From an uncultured Actinomycetota bacterium (GTDB taxonomy: Bacteria; Actinomycetota; Actinomycetes; Propionibacteriales; Nocardioidaceae): a stretch of 64,000 nucleotides of DNA. The stretch covers positions 3,911-67,910 of the forward strand of contig CAWDBZ010000009.1 in assembly GCA_963800715.1 (NCBI GenBank), written 5' to 3'. Each line of letters begins with the position of its first letter. The first letter of the stretch is position 1. Below the pieces are notes generated by a model. It was not told the origin of the DNA and ran no database searches. It was given only the letters and a program-made list of their open reading frames with translations. A program made the position numbers and the translations under genes. Shown piece after piece: positions 40,549 to 50,015 of the stretch.

Positions 40549-42150
40549 TTGATCGAGCCGACAGGCCCCAGCATGATCCCCACGGCGGACCTGGCCAACT
40601 ACGCGCCGGCCATGCCGGTTTCCGGTGACCTCAACGACCAGTTGCTCGGCGCCGACCTCTGGACCGACCAGATGGTGAGCGACGCAGGCATCCCGATCAT
40701 CGACATCCCGTTCGTGACGATCGGCGGGGGGATCGGCAGCTTCGTGACTACCGACTACCTGCGCATCGCGGGTGTGCCGACGAGCCAGATCCGCGTTCTC
40801 TCGGCGCTTGACCACCCCTGGCAGACCTACGAGTACCTCACCCGCGTCTCGCAGATCCCGCGCACCGAGCGGCTGCGCTCCGACTCGGCGTCGCGTCCGG
40901 ACAACATCTGGGGTTTTCCGTCGTACGCCGTCAGCGAGGCGATCGCCGACAAGAGCTTGAAGTCGCTCAAGCAGGTCTTCGTCGAGCCGATCTTCGACGA
41001 CTACTACACCCCGAAGGCCGGCCAGGTCTTCACGGCACTGGAGCGGGAGGCCCGCCGGATCCGATACTCGGAGATGCACGTCAAGGGTCTGGTGCGAATC
41101 GTGCGGCGCCGGGTCGGCGGCGGCTATTTCACGATCCTCACTCCGCCCGAAGGGTTGTCGTCGACCAAACGGGTCGCCTTCCGCTCACGCTACGTGCACG
41201 TCGCGGTCGGCTACCCGGGGCTGAGGTTCCTTCCGGAGCTGCAGCGCTACCGCACCGAGCAGAACGACCGTCAGCACATCGTCAACGCCTACGAGTCGCA
41301 CGAGCACGTCTACGACCGGTTGATGCAGTACCCCAGCACGGTGCTCGTGCGCGGCGGCGGCATCGTCGCGTCACGGGTGCTCCAACGACTCATGGACGAC
41401 CGCCTGCTCCACGGAGCGCAGACCACGATCGTCCATCTCTTCCGTACGTTCATCAACGGGCCGAACGATGGCAGCACCGGCAACCTGCCGCACAAGACCA
41501 GCGTCTTCATGCGCCGCCGGGGCGCCGACGGGTGGGCCTACCAGGGCTTCAACTATCCCAAGTCGGTGTGGGGCGGCCAGCTCAAGCGGCAGATGCGCAA
41601 GCTCGAGGGCGAGGATCGGGCCAGGCTTTACAAGAGGATGGGCGGCACCAACACGCCGTACCGCCGCTACTGGCAGCGGCAGATGAAGCGAGGTCGCCAG
41701 GAGGGCTGGTACCAGCTCGTTGTCGGGACCGTCGACCAGATGACCCCGAACGGCCACCGGATCGTCAACCAGGTCCGCACCCAGCAGGGCGTCGTGCCGA
41801 TCGAGGTCGACTTCGTCATCGACTGCACGGGCCTGGAGGCCGACATCGCCGAGCACCGCCTGCTCAAGGACCTGCTCGACCACGGTGGAGCGGGGCGAAA
41901 CCCGCTCGGGCGCCTCGATGTAGAGCGCACCTTCGAGCTCAAGGGCACCCGCAACGGCGACGGCGCCATGTACGCGTCGGGGGCGACCACCCTGGGGGGC
42001 TACTTTCCCGGTGTGGACACGTTCCTCGGCCTGCAGGTCGCGGCCCAGGAGATCACCCAGGACCTCGCCCGGCGGGGCTTCTGCAAGCGGATCGGGCCGC
42101 TGCGCTCAACCTCGCAGTGGTTCAAGTGGCTCCGCGGAACGCAGATCTAG
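40549..42150 (+). CDS. Uncharacterised FAD/NAD(P)-binding protein (two Rossmann motifs)
   Basis: TIGGGIGS, LRS, VAVGYP, VRGGGIVAS, DFVIDCTG; start uncertain (40549 or 40573). Confidence 0.7.
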   Translation: MIEPTGPSMIPTADLANYAPAMPVSGDLNDQLLGADLWTDQMVSDAGIPIIDIPFVTIGGGIGSFVTTDYLRIAGVPTSQIRVLSALDHPWQTYEYLTRVSQIPRTERLRSDSASRPDNIWGFPSYAVSEAIADKSLKSLKQVFVEPIFDDYYTPKAGQVFTALEREARRIRYSEMHVKGLVRIVRRRVGGGYFTILTPPEGLSSTKRVAFRSRYVHVAVGYPGLRFLPELQRYRTEQNDRQHIVNAYESHEHVYDRLMQYPSTVLVRGGGIVASRVLQRLMDDRLLHGAQTTIVHLFRTFINGPNDGSTGNLPHKTSVFMRRRGADGWAYQGFNYPKSVWGGQLKRQMRKLEGEDRARLYKRMGGTNTPYRRYWQRQMKRGRQEGWYQLVVGTVDQMTPNGHRIVNQVRTQQGVVPIEVDFVIDCTGLEADIAEHRLLKDLLDHGGAGRNPLGRLDVERTFELKGTRNGDGAMYASGATTLGGYFPGVDTFLGLQVAAQEITQDLARRGFCKRIGPLRSTSQWFKWLRGTQI

Positions 42151-42163
42151 GGGAACTGAAGCG

Positions 42164-42589
42164 ATGCTGCCCACCCTCAACGGCCGGATCCAGACGCGGA
42201 TCTTCATGCTGGCCACGCTCGGGGCCCTGATCACCCTGGTCCTCACCCCGGTGCTGCCCGGGGATCCCGACTACCAGACCACGTTCATCATCCTGGCCAC
42301 TGTGCTGGTGCTCGGGATCGGGTGGGAGCTGATCTACCACGTGATCCAGCAGTTCCGTTGGGAGAAGGACTGGCCGACGCTGTTCGGCTTCATCACCTGC
42401 GTCAACGAGGGAGCCCTGGTCTGGCTGCTCCTCGAGCTCGAGGTCGTGCCCGGCATCGACGGTGAGGTGCCGTTGAGCGCGTTCCTGATCGACTTCCTCG
42501 TGATCTGGATGGCGATCTGGATCGCCGTGAACGGTCCCATGCGCGTGCCGTTCATTCGGTGGCGCTTCTTCGGTGGAAGGCTGGTGTAG
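42164..42589 (+). CDS. Small uncharacterised membrane protein (about 4 TM)
   Basis: MLPTLNGRIQTR, QQFRWEKDWP, C-terminal RWRFFGGRLV; alternating hydrophobic segments. Confidence 0.75.
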   Translation: MLPTLNGRIQTRIFMLATLGALITLVLTPVLPGDPDYQTTFIILATVLVLGIGWELIYHVIQQFRWEKDWPTLFGFITCVNEGALVWLLLELEVVPGIDGEVPLSAFLIDFLVIWMAIWIAVNGPMRVPFIRWRFFGGRLV

Positions 42590-42591
42590 CC

Positions 42592-43827
42592 ATGAGCGAT
42601 GTGACCGCGCACGCGATTCGTTCGGTCGACGACTGGGCGGCGTCGGTCTGCGTGCCGAGCTCCGGCTCGGGCACGCTCGCGCGCCTGGGCAACGTCATCC
42701 TGCTCGTCGGGTCGACCGATCCCGTCGTGGTGAGTCCGCTGCTGGCACAGGCGCAGCAGGTCGCGGCCAACGGAGGTCAGGGACGCCAGCTGGTGCGCGG
42801 CTTCGCGTTCCTGCTGGGCAACTCCGCCGGGGACCTGCCCGACTTCGTGGCGCTGGCGCCGCACGCGACCGGGCTCGCCGTGCTGGTGCAGGGCAGCGCC
42901 GCCGTGATCGCCAACGGGGAGCGCATCACGGGTGAGCACTCGCTGGCTTGGGCCGAGCGGCTCCTGCCGTTCCCGGTCAGCGACATCGAGGCGGTGGTAG
43001 ACGGGTCGGCCAGCCCGGGCGGCGGCCTGTTCCGGCTCTCCGACGGCATCGTCGAGGCGGGCGGACTCCTGATCACCACCGGCGTGGCCGGCGACCTCGT
43101 GCAGATGGTCGACGAGGCGGCCATCGAGCAGCCGGCCGACGACGCTCTCGATGTGTCGGTTGTGATGCCGGCCGAGCAAGTCGGGTCTGGGGACTTCCCG
43201 CCCACACCCCCCGACGACCGGCCTACCCCGCCAGTGATCGAGGACCGGGTCGGTGGGTTCGACTCGATCCTGCTGCAAGACGTGGAAGTCGACGACGTCG
43301 AGCCACTGCCCGTCGTCCACGACGAGCGCGACGTGCACCACCACGGCGCAGAGGCCGAGGAGGTGCGGGGTGTCTACTGCAAGAACCGTCATTTCAACGA
43401 CCCTCGACAGCTCTTCTGCGGGATCTGTGGCATCAACATGGTCCAGCAGACACCGGTGCTGGTGAACGGCACGCGGCCCCCGCTGGGGGTGATGGTGCTG
43501 GCCGACGGCGCGGTCTTCCAGCTCGACAGCGACTACCTGCTCGGCCGCGACCCCGGCTTGGACGACCGGGTCCGATCGGGGGCAGCGCGCGCGGTGCCGG
43601 TGCAGGACGCGTCGAACCAGATCTCGCGCGTGCATGCTCGCCTCGAGCTGCGTGGATGGGATGCCGTGCTCATCGACAACGCCTCAACGAACGGCACATT
43701 CTTCAACCCACCCGAAACCACGGAGTGGCAACGACTGCCGTCGGGCGGGTCACACGTCCTCGCGCATGGCACCCGCGTCCGCATCGGAGACTGCATGCTC
43801 ACCTTCAATATCTACTCTGGCGCCTAG
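42592..43827 (+). CDS. Unknown N-domain + Zn ribbon + FHA protein
   Basis: CKNRH...CGIC; FHA LLGR..ISRVHA..STNGT. Confidence 0.85.
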   Translation: MSDVTAHAIRSVDDWAASVCVPSSGSGTLARLGNVILLVGSTDPVVVSPLLAQAQQVAANGGQGRQLVRGFAFLLGNSAGDLPDFVALAPHATGLAVLVQGSAAVIANGERITGEHSLAWAERLLPFPVSDIEAVVDGSASPGGGLFRLSDGIVEAGGLLITTGVAGDLVQMVDEAAIEQPADDALDVSVVMPAEQVGSGDFPPTPPDDRPTPPVIEDRVGGFDSILLQDVEVDDVEPLPVVHDERDVHHHGAEAEEVRGVYCKNRHFNDPRQLFCGICGINMVQQTPVLVNGTRPPLGVMVLADGAVFQLDSDYLLGRDPGLDDRVRSGAARAVPVQDASNQISRVHARLELRGWDAVLIDNASTNGTFFNPPETTEWQRLPSGGSHVLAHGTRVRIGDCMLTFNIYSGA

Positions 43828-43991
43828 TGTCCTGAGTCAGAGGTCCGTAGGCGATAGGCGTGCTCAGAGTGCGTGCATCGGCAGGCGGCGGAGCGTAAGG
43901 CAGACTGGGCGTCTTTCGAGCGACGCCAACGCAGCTAGGTGCGTGCTGTGTGTGCGCGTAGCGCACACGGACCTCTGACTCAGGTCACTAG
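43824..43991. mobile_element. MITE, probably IS630-family derived
   Basis: Inverted ends TAGTGTCCTGAGTCAGAGGTCCGT / ACGGACCTCTGACTCAGGTCACTA (1 mismatch in 24), CTAG at both ends, no ORF. Confidence 0.75.
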
Positions 43992-43997
43992 CTGGTC

Positions 43998-45995
43998 CTA
44001 CGTCACCTCTGTGAGCCCGAGGCCCAGGTCGGCCTGGGTCCAGTCCACGGGCGACGCGTCGGGCTCGGCGCGGACCTGCAGGTCAGCAGGTGCGCCCAGC
44101 GCGCCCATCGTGACCGGGAGCAGGCCGGCGGCTGGGTCCTCGAGCCGCACGCCCCGCTCGGCCAGAGCCGTTCGCAGATTTGAGAACCGTCGCCCACCAG
44201 CGCCCTCCAGCAGGTGAACGGCTGAGCCAAGGCTGGCCGCCAGCCGGCAGCCGAGCGCGACGGCGGCTTCCCCGTCGGGCCCGGCGCTCCACGTGATCTC
44301 CACTGGCGAACCCCCGCCGACCTCGTCGAGGTGCGCCGCCACGACGATGGCGGGGCATCCGGCGGAGTCGACCACGCTCCGGCCGATCTCGTCGTCGGCC
44401 CAGACCACGACGTACTGCGGGGAGAGCGCATCGCGGAGGGCCAAGACGTCGGCGGCGACGTCAGCGCTGGGGTTGGCGATGATGCTGACAGGTACGCCGG
44501 CAAGCTCGCCGCGTCGCACCAACACCTCCAGGCGCTCCATCGACGCGGCCATCTCGGCGAGCTCGTCTGTCAGGCCACTGCCCATCTCGAGCTTGCGAGT
44601 GCGCTGGGGCTCGAGGGCCGCCACGACCACCTCGGCATTCGGGCTGTGGTGCAGCAACCCGACGGCGACGTCAACCAGGGCCGCGCTGGAGCGCTCGCTC
44701 GCGGCCACGACGAGCACCCGGTCCGTCGCGGCGTCCCCGAGCGCAGCCCGCTCCGCCTCGGCGATGTCGCGAACGATCCGTCGCTTCGGATAGGCCCAGT
44801 TGAGCAACGGGCCGGTCATGATCGTGGTCACGACCGCCATCACGACCAACATGCTGAACAGCTCCTGCCCGATCAGTCCGAGCTGCTGCCCGACATTGAG
44901 GATGACGAGCTCGGTCAGGCCACGGGTGTTCATCAGAATCCCCAGGCTGTTGGCCTGCCAGTGGGGCACTCCGGCGGAGCGAGCGCCGAAGTAGGCACCG
45001 ACGTACTTCCCGACGATCGCCACGGCGAGGATCAGGAGGAGCTGGACGACGTTGTCGGTCGAGAGCGCCCGGAGGTCGACCTTGAGACCGGAGACGAGGA
45101 AGAACACGGGCAGCAGCAGGAGCACCGAGATCTGTTCGAGACGCACCAGGATTTCATGCCGCATGGCCGTGGCGCCCTCGTGCGGAAGGATCGCCCCGAA
45201 GAGGAAGGCGCCGAAGATGAAGTGGACGTGGAGGTACTCGGTGGCCGCCGACGACAGCAGCAGCCCGAGCAGTACGAAGGACATCAGCTGAGGGGTGAGC
45301 CGACCAGCCTTCGCGTAGGCGCCGGTCAGCCGGTTGAGCTGCGGTCGAACGACGAAGATCATGAGCAGCGCGAACGGCACGGCGAGGGCGACGATCCATT
45401 GGTTGTCGCCGGCCATCTCGCCGCCTGCGATTCCGATCACGACCGCGAGCAGGGTCCACGCCAGGATGTCGTCGGTTGCCGCGCACGCCAGCGCGAGGCC
45501 ACCGGTCTCGGTGCGGTGCATGCCGCGGTCGGTCAAGATGCGGGCCAGCACGGGGAACGCCGTCACCGACATCGCGGCGCCGATGAAGAGCGCAAACGGC
45601 CAGAATCCCGTGCCGTTCTGCTGGTGATCGTCGGCCAGCAGGGTGGCCAGGGCGAGGCCCAGGCTGAACGGCAACAGGATCGACGCGACGGACACCGAGC
45701 CTGCTACGCGTTCGCGGCCCTTGATCAGGGACAGGTCGAGCTCGAGGCCGACGACGAACATGAAGAGCACCAAGCCGAGGTTGGCCAGCACGACCAGGAA
45801 GGGGCGGCTGTCCAGAGGGAACAGGTCCTGGCTGAGTGACGTGCCGAGCAGCGTGGGACCAAGGAGGATGCCGGCCAGGATTTCGCCGACGACCGCTGGC
45901 TGCCCGAGCCTGGTGAAGACCCAGCCGGCAGCTCGCGCGAGCACCAGGATGATGGCGAGCTCCATGAGGATCACGGTCATGTCGGCAGCGTGCAC
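43998..45995 (-). CDS. Cation:proton antiporter (CPA2) with USP-like C-terminal extension
   Basis: GQPAVVGEILAGILLGP, SVTAFPVLARIL, TDD, MNTRGLTEL. Confidence 0.9.
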   Translation of the reverse strand: MHAADMTVILMELAIILVLARAAGWVFTRLGQPAVVGEILAGILLGPTLLGTSLSQDLFPLDSRPFLVVLANLGLVLFMFVVGLELDLSLIKGRERVAGSVSVASILLPFSLGLALATLLADDHQQNGTGFWPFALFIGAAMSVTAFPVLARILTDRGMHRTETGGLALACAATDDILAWTLLAVVIGIAGGEMAGDNQWIVALAVPFALLMIFVVRPQLNRLTGAYAKAGRLTPQLMSFVLLGLLLSSAATEYLHVHFIFGAFLFGAILPHEGATAMRHEILVRLEQISVLLLLPVFFLVSGLKVDLRALSTDNVVQLLLILAVAIVGKYVGAYFGARSAGVPHWQANSLGILMNTRGLTELVILNVGQQLGLIGQELFSMLVVMAVVTTIMTGPLLNWAYPKRRIVRDIAEAERAALGDAATDRVLVVAASERSSAALVDVAVGLLHHSPNAEVVVAALEPQRTRKLEMGSGLTDELAEMAASMERLEVLVRRGELAGVPVSIIANPSADVAADVLALRDALSPQYVVVWADDEIGRSVVDSAGCPAIVVAAHLDEVGGGSPVEITWSAGPDGEAAVALGCRLAASLGSAVHLLEGAGGRRFSNLRTALAERGVRLEDPAAGLLPVTMGALGAPADLQVRAEPDASPVDWTQADLGLGLTEVT

Positions 45996-46091
45996 GCGGC
46001 TCTCCCTGGTCAGAGGTGCCCAGAGCCTAGTGGTTGCTCCGCGCCGACCCGCCGCCGCTGATGAGCGCTAACGACGGGTCGACAACGAAAT

Positions 46092-46138
46092 GCTGCCGAG
46101 CCGTCGCTACTGACGAGCAGCAACGACGGCTCGGCGGC
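46092..46138 (-). terminator. Stem-loop after the aldo/keto reductase gene
   Basis: GCTGCCGAGCCGTCG ... CGACGGCTCGGCGGC. Confidence 0.55.
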
Positions 46139-46156
46139 CGAGAGGCTGCGTGAGCC

Positions 46157-47206
46157 TCAGGCGGAGCGCCGCCGCAGCGCCACGTCGGTGAGGGCGGGCG
46201 GTGCGTAACCGCGGTCGGCCTCGTTGATCGTGGTGCCGGGCGGGACGATCTCGTCGATCCGGTCGAGCACGTCCTCGGCCAGCGAGACCTTGACCACGTC
46301 GAGCTGCGACTCGAGGTGCTCCATGGTGCGCGGCCCGATGATCGCGGACGTGACGGCTGGGTGCTCGAGCACGAACGCCAGCGCGAGGTGGACCAGCGAG
46401 ACCCCGGCCTGGTCGGCGAGGTCCTGGAGCTGGTGCACGGCGTCGAGCTTGAGGGCGTTCTCCGGCAGCGACGGGTCGTGCCGGGCGGGCTGTCGGTCCA
46501 GCCGGCTGGAGGCGTGCGTCGACTCCTCGCCGCGGCGGTACCGGCCCGAGAGCCAGCCGCCCGCGAGCGGGCTCCACGGCAGGACGCCGAGGCCGTACTT
46601 CTGCGCCGTCGGGAGCAGGTCCCGCTCGACCTCGCGCACGAGGATCGAGTACGGCGCCTGCTCGGTCACCGGGCGCTCGCGGTGCCGCCGCTCGGCGACC
46701 CACTGGGCCTCCACGACCTGCGACGGCAGGAACGTCGTCGTTCCGATGTAGCGGACCTTTCCGGCGTGCACCAGGTCCGAGAGCGCGGACAGGGTCTCGT
46801 CGATGTCGGTCTCCGGTCGCGGCCGGTGCAGCTGGTAGAGGTCGATGTAGTCGGTGCCGAGCCGCTTCAGCGAGCTCTCCACCTCGCGGATGATCCAGCG
46901 ACGCGAGTTGCCCTGCTGGTTCGGGTCGTCGTCCGACATCGCGCCGTGCACCTTGGTGGCGACGACGACGTCATCACGGCGCCCCTTGAGCGCCTTGCCG
47001 ACGATCTCCTCGGACTCGCCGCGGGAGTAGACGTCCGCCGTGTCGATGATGTTGATCCCCGCGTCGAGGGCCCGGTGGATGATCCGGACCGAGTCGTCGT
47101 GGTCGGGGTTGCCGATCTTGCCGAACATCATCGCGCCCAGGGTCAGCGGGCTGACCTTGAGCCCGGTGGTTCCGAGCAGTCGGTAGTCCGAGGTGTCGAT
47201 GGTCAT
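46157..47206 (-). CDS. Aldo/keto reductase
   Basis: LGTTGLKVS, DTADVY, ATK, DYIDLYQLH, WSPLAGG. Confidence 0.92.
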   Translation of the reverse strand: MTIDTSDYRLLGTTGLKVSPLTLGAMMFGKIGNPDHDDSVRIIHRALDAGINIIDTADVYSRGESEEIVGKALKGRRDDVVVATKVHGAMSDDDPNQQGNSRRWIIREVESSLKRLGTDYIDLYQLHRPRPETDIDETLSALSDLVHAGKVRYIGTTTFLPSQVVEAQWVAERRHRERPVTEQAPYSILVREVERDLLPTAQKYGLGVLPWSPLAGGWLSGRYRRGEESTHASSRLDRQPARHDPSLPENALKLDAVHQLQDLADQAGVSLVHLALAFVLEHPAVTSAIIGPRTMEHLESQLDVVKVSLAEDVLDRIDEIVPPGTTINEADRGYAPPALTDVALRRRSA

Positions 47207-47979
47207 GAAGCAGCCTTCCTGTGGTTGTGGTCGCTCAAGGCCTCGTGGTCGTCCTCCACGCCGAGCTCGGCCAGCAGCCGGCTCCGCAGAGCCGCGAACC
47301 GGGGGTCGCCCGGGGAGCGGCGCTCCCCGAGGTCGATGTGGATGTCGGAGGACACCACGCCGTCGACCAGCACGATCACCCGGTCGGCCAGCACGATCGC
47401 CTCGTCGACGTCGTGGGTCACCAGGAGCACCGACGGCTGGTGCACGGCACAGAGCTTCTTGAGCAGGATGTGCATCCGCATCCGGGTCAGCGCATCGAGC
47501 GCTCCGAACGGCTCGTCGGCCAGGAGCAGCTCCGGGTCGCGCACCAACGAGCGGGCCAGCGCAGCGCGCTGCTGCTCGCCGCCGGACAGCTCGTGCGGCC
47601 ACGACTTCTCCCGACCCTCGAGGCCGACTTCGGCGAGCGCCTGGCTACCGCGCTCGCGGGCGACCCGGCCGCGGAGGCCGAAGGCGACGTTGTCGAGGAT
47701 CCGGCGCCACGGCAGCAGCCGTGAGTCCTGGAAGACGACGGAGACCCGCTCGGGAACGTCGATCGACCCGTGGCCGGTGACATCGCGGTCGAGTCCGGCC
47801 AGCGCGCGGAGCAGCGTGCTCTTGCCGCTGCCGCTGCGGCCGATCAGGGCCACGAACTCGCCCGGCTCGATCTCCAGGTCGAGGCCGTTGAGGACCCCTC
47901 CAGCCTCGCTGAAGCTGCGGTGCAGTTTCTCGACCCGGACCGCGGACCGGTGCTTCAGTTGCCCAGGGTGCGTCGCCAT
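47203..47979 (-). CDS. ssuB: Aliphatic-sulfonate-type ABC ATP-binding protein
   Basis: GRSGSGKS, LSGGE, DEPFGALDALT. Confidence 0.8.
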   Translation of the reverse strand: MATHPGQLKHRSAVRVEKLHRSFSEAGGVLNGLDLEIEPGEFVALIGRSGSGKSTLLRALAGLDRDVTGHGSIDVPERVSVVFQDSRLLPWRRILDNVAFGLRGRVARERGSQALAEVGLEGREKSWPHELSGGEQQRAALARSLVRDPELLLADEPFGALDALTRMRMHILLKKLCAVHQPSVLLVTHDVDEAIVLADRVIVLVDGVVSSDIHIDLGERRSPGDPRFAALRSRLLAELGVEDDHEALSDHNHRKAAS

Positions 47980-48797
47980 GACAGGGCCTTCCTCTCGATG
48001 AGACGGACGGTGCCGTCGGCCGCGAGTCCGAGCAGGGCGTAGACCACCAGGCCGACCACGATGACCTCGGTCTGCCCGTAGTGCGACGCGAGGGTGATCA
48101 TGTAGCCGATGCCGCTGGTTGAGTTGATCTGCTCGACCACGACCAACGACAGCAGTGCGGTGGTGACCGCGAACCGCATGCCGAGCAGGAAGCCCGGCAT
48201 GGCGCCCGGCAGCACCACGGCGCGGATGAACTCCGGCCGGCTGATGTCGACGGTCTCGGCCAGCTCGGCGTACCGGCCGTCGATGCTGCGCAGCCCGTTG
48301 TGGGTGTGGATGTAGACCGGGAGCATCACGGCGAGCGCGATGGTGATGATCTTCATCTCCTCGGTGATGCCGAGCCACAGCACCAGCAGCGGCAGCAGCG
48401 CCAGCGTGGGGATCGCGCGCTTGACCTGGACCGGACCGTCTATCACCGCCTCGCCGACCCGGCTCAGCCCGGACAGCAGGGCGAGGACCGTGCCGATCAG
48501 CGTGCCCAGCCCGAGCCCGGCGAACGCCCGGACCGCCGAGGTCTTCAGGGCCTCCTGCAGCCGGCCGGACTCGATCAGGTCGCGGGCGGTCTCGAGGACC
48601 ACCCAGGGCTCGGACAGCGTCCGAGGGTCGAGCCGGCCGGTGGTCGAGAGCAGGTACCACAGGCCGACCAGCAGGATCGGGCCGATGGCCAGGGAGAACG
48701 GGATGCGCTTGCCGGGACCGAGGCGGCGTCGTACGACGCGCTTGTCGACGACGGGACCGTCGGTGGTCGTGGTCGGCCGCTCGAGAACCGTGGTCAT
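47955..48797 (-). CDS. ssuC: Aliphatic-sulfonate-type ABC permease
   Basis: IPTLALLPL..LWLG, EQINSTSGIGY. Confidence 0.8.
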   Translation of the reverse strand: MTTVLERPTTTTDGPVVDKRVVRRRLGPGKRIPFSLAIGPILLVGLWYLLSTTGRLDPRTLSEPWVVLETARDLIESGRLQEALKTSAVRAFAGLGLGTLIGTVLALLSGLSRVGEAVIDGPVQVKRAIPTLALLPLLVLWLGITEEMKIITIALAVMLPVYIHTHNGLRSIDGRYAELAETVDISRPEFIRAVVLPGAMPGFLLGMRFAVTTALLSLVVVEQINSTSGIGYMITLASHYGQTEVIVVGLVVYALLGLAADGTVRLIERKALSWRRTLGN

Positions 48798-49897
48798 CAG
48801 GAACCAGCCCCCAGGCCGTCCGCGATGACCTTCTCGTAGCGGCGGTCGTAGAGGTCGGCCACGTCGAGCTCATCGTGGCCCTGCTCCTGCGCGAGCAGGT
48901 CCGCGGTGGCCTGGTGCGCCGCGATCGTCTCGTCCCAGTTCGCCGGCACCTCGAGCTGGCCCTGCTGCTCCAGGAGGGCGAGCCCGTCCTCGAGGGTGAG
49001 CCCCTCGTGGTCCACGTAGAACTTCTGGGCGTACTCCTCGGGGTTCTCGTTGATCCACTGCTTGGCCTTGGCCCACACGACGACGTACTTGGCCAGGGCG
49101 GCCGCCTTCCCCTCGTCCCGCGTGGTCGCGACCGGCGCGTAGAGCAGGCTCTGGTCGTCCCGGATGCCGGTGGGGATCGAGCTGCCACCGTCCTGGGAGT
49201 ACTTGGCGAGGTACGACGTGAGCAGCGTGCCGCCCAAGGGCGCGACGTCGACCTGCTTGCTGCCGAGCACGTTGACGTAGACGTCGTCGACACTCTGGAT
49301 CTCGACCAGCTCGACGTCGTCCTGGGAGAGGCCGGCCGCGTCCAGGGCCCGGAGCACGAGCGCGCCCTGGGCCTGGCCGGGGGAGTAGGCGATCTTCTTG
49401 CCCGCGAGGTCCGCCAGGGACTTCACGTCGACGCCCGGCGCCACGCCCAGCTGGTAGACGGGGTGGTGGATCGCGTCCACGCGGCTTGTGGTGGCGACGA
49501 TGGTGACGTCGGTGCCGGTCCACTGCGCGAAGAGCGGCGGGATGTCCTGGGCCGAGCCGACGTCGATGGCGTCGGCGCGGAAGGCCTCGAGGGTCTTGGG
49601 GCCACCACTGATGTTGGCCCACTCGATCTCGACGCCCTCGTCCTCGAGCTCCTGGTCGAGGCCGGAGGCCTCGATGGCGGTCTGCGTGGCGGGGTCACCG
49701 ACCCGCAGCACGGTGCCGCTGGGGACCTTGTCGGGGAGCGCGGCGTCGGCGGCGAGCTTCGGCCCGCCCGACCCGGAGGCGCTGTCGCACGCGGTGAGGC
49801 CGGCCAGACCCAGAGCCACCACGGCGGCGGCCGCGGCGGCCCGGCGGCCGCGAATCGGCCGCGACCAGGGGCGGGATGCGGTGCGAACGTTCATCAC
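48797..49897 (-). CDS. ssuA: Aliphatic-sulfonate-type ABC substrate-binding lipoprotein
   Basis: Lipobox LTAC, GGPKTLEA, DIPP, LADLAGKKIA. Confidence 0.75.
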   Translation of the reverse strand: MMNVRTASRPWSRPIRGRRAAAAAAVVALGLAGLTACDSASGSGGPKLAADAALPDKVPSGTVLRVGDPATQTAIEASGLDQELEDEGVEIEWANISGGPKTLEAFRADAIDVGSAQDIPPLFAQWTGTDVTIVATTSRVDAIHHPVYQLGVAPGVDVKSLADLAGKKIAYSPGQAQGALVLRALDAAGLSQDDVELVEIQSVDDVYVNVLGSKQVDVAPLGGTLLTSYLAKYSQDGGSSIPTGIRDDQSLLYAPVATTRDEGKAAALAKYVVVWAKAKQWINENPEEYAQKFYVDHEGLTLEDGLALLEQQGQLEVPANWDETIAAHQATADLLAQEQGHDELDVADLYDRRYEKVIADGLGAGS

Positions 49898-50015
49898 TCT
49901 CCTCGGGAGATAGTGGTGTTATTTGATTTAGACACTGTAGATTGAACTCTTGTAAAACTACCAACACACTAGACATTAACCCAAACGTGTCCGAATCCCA
50001 GGAGGCGCTCAACCC

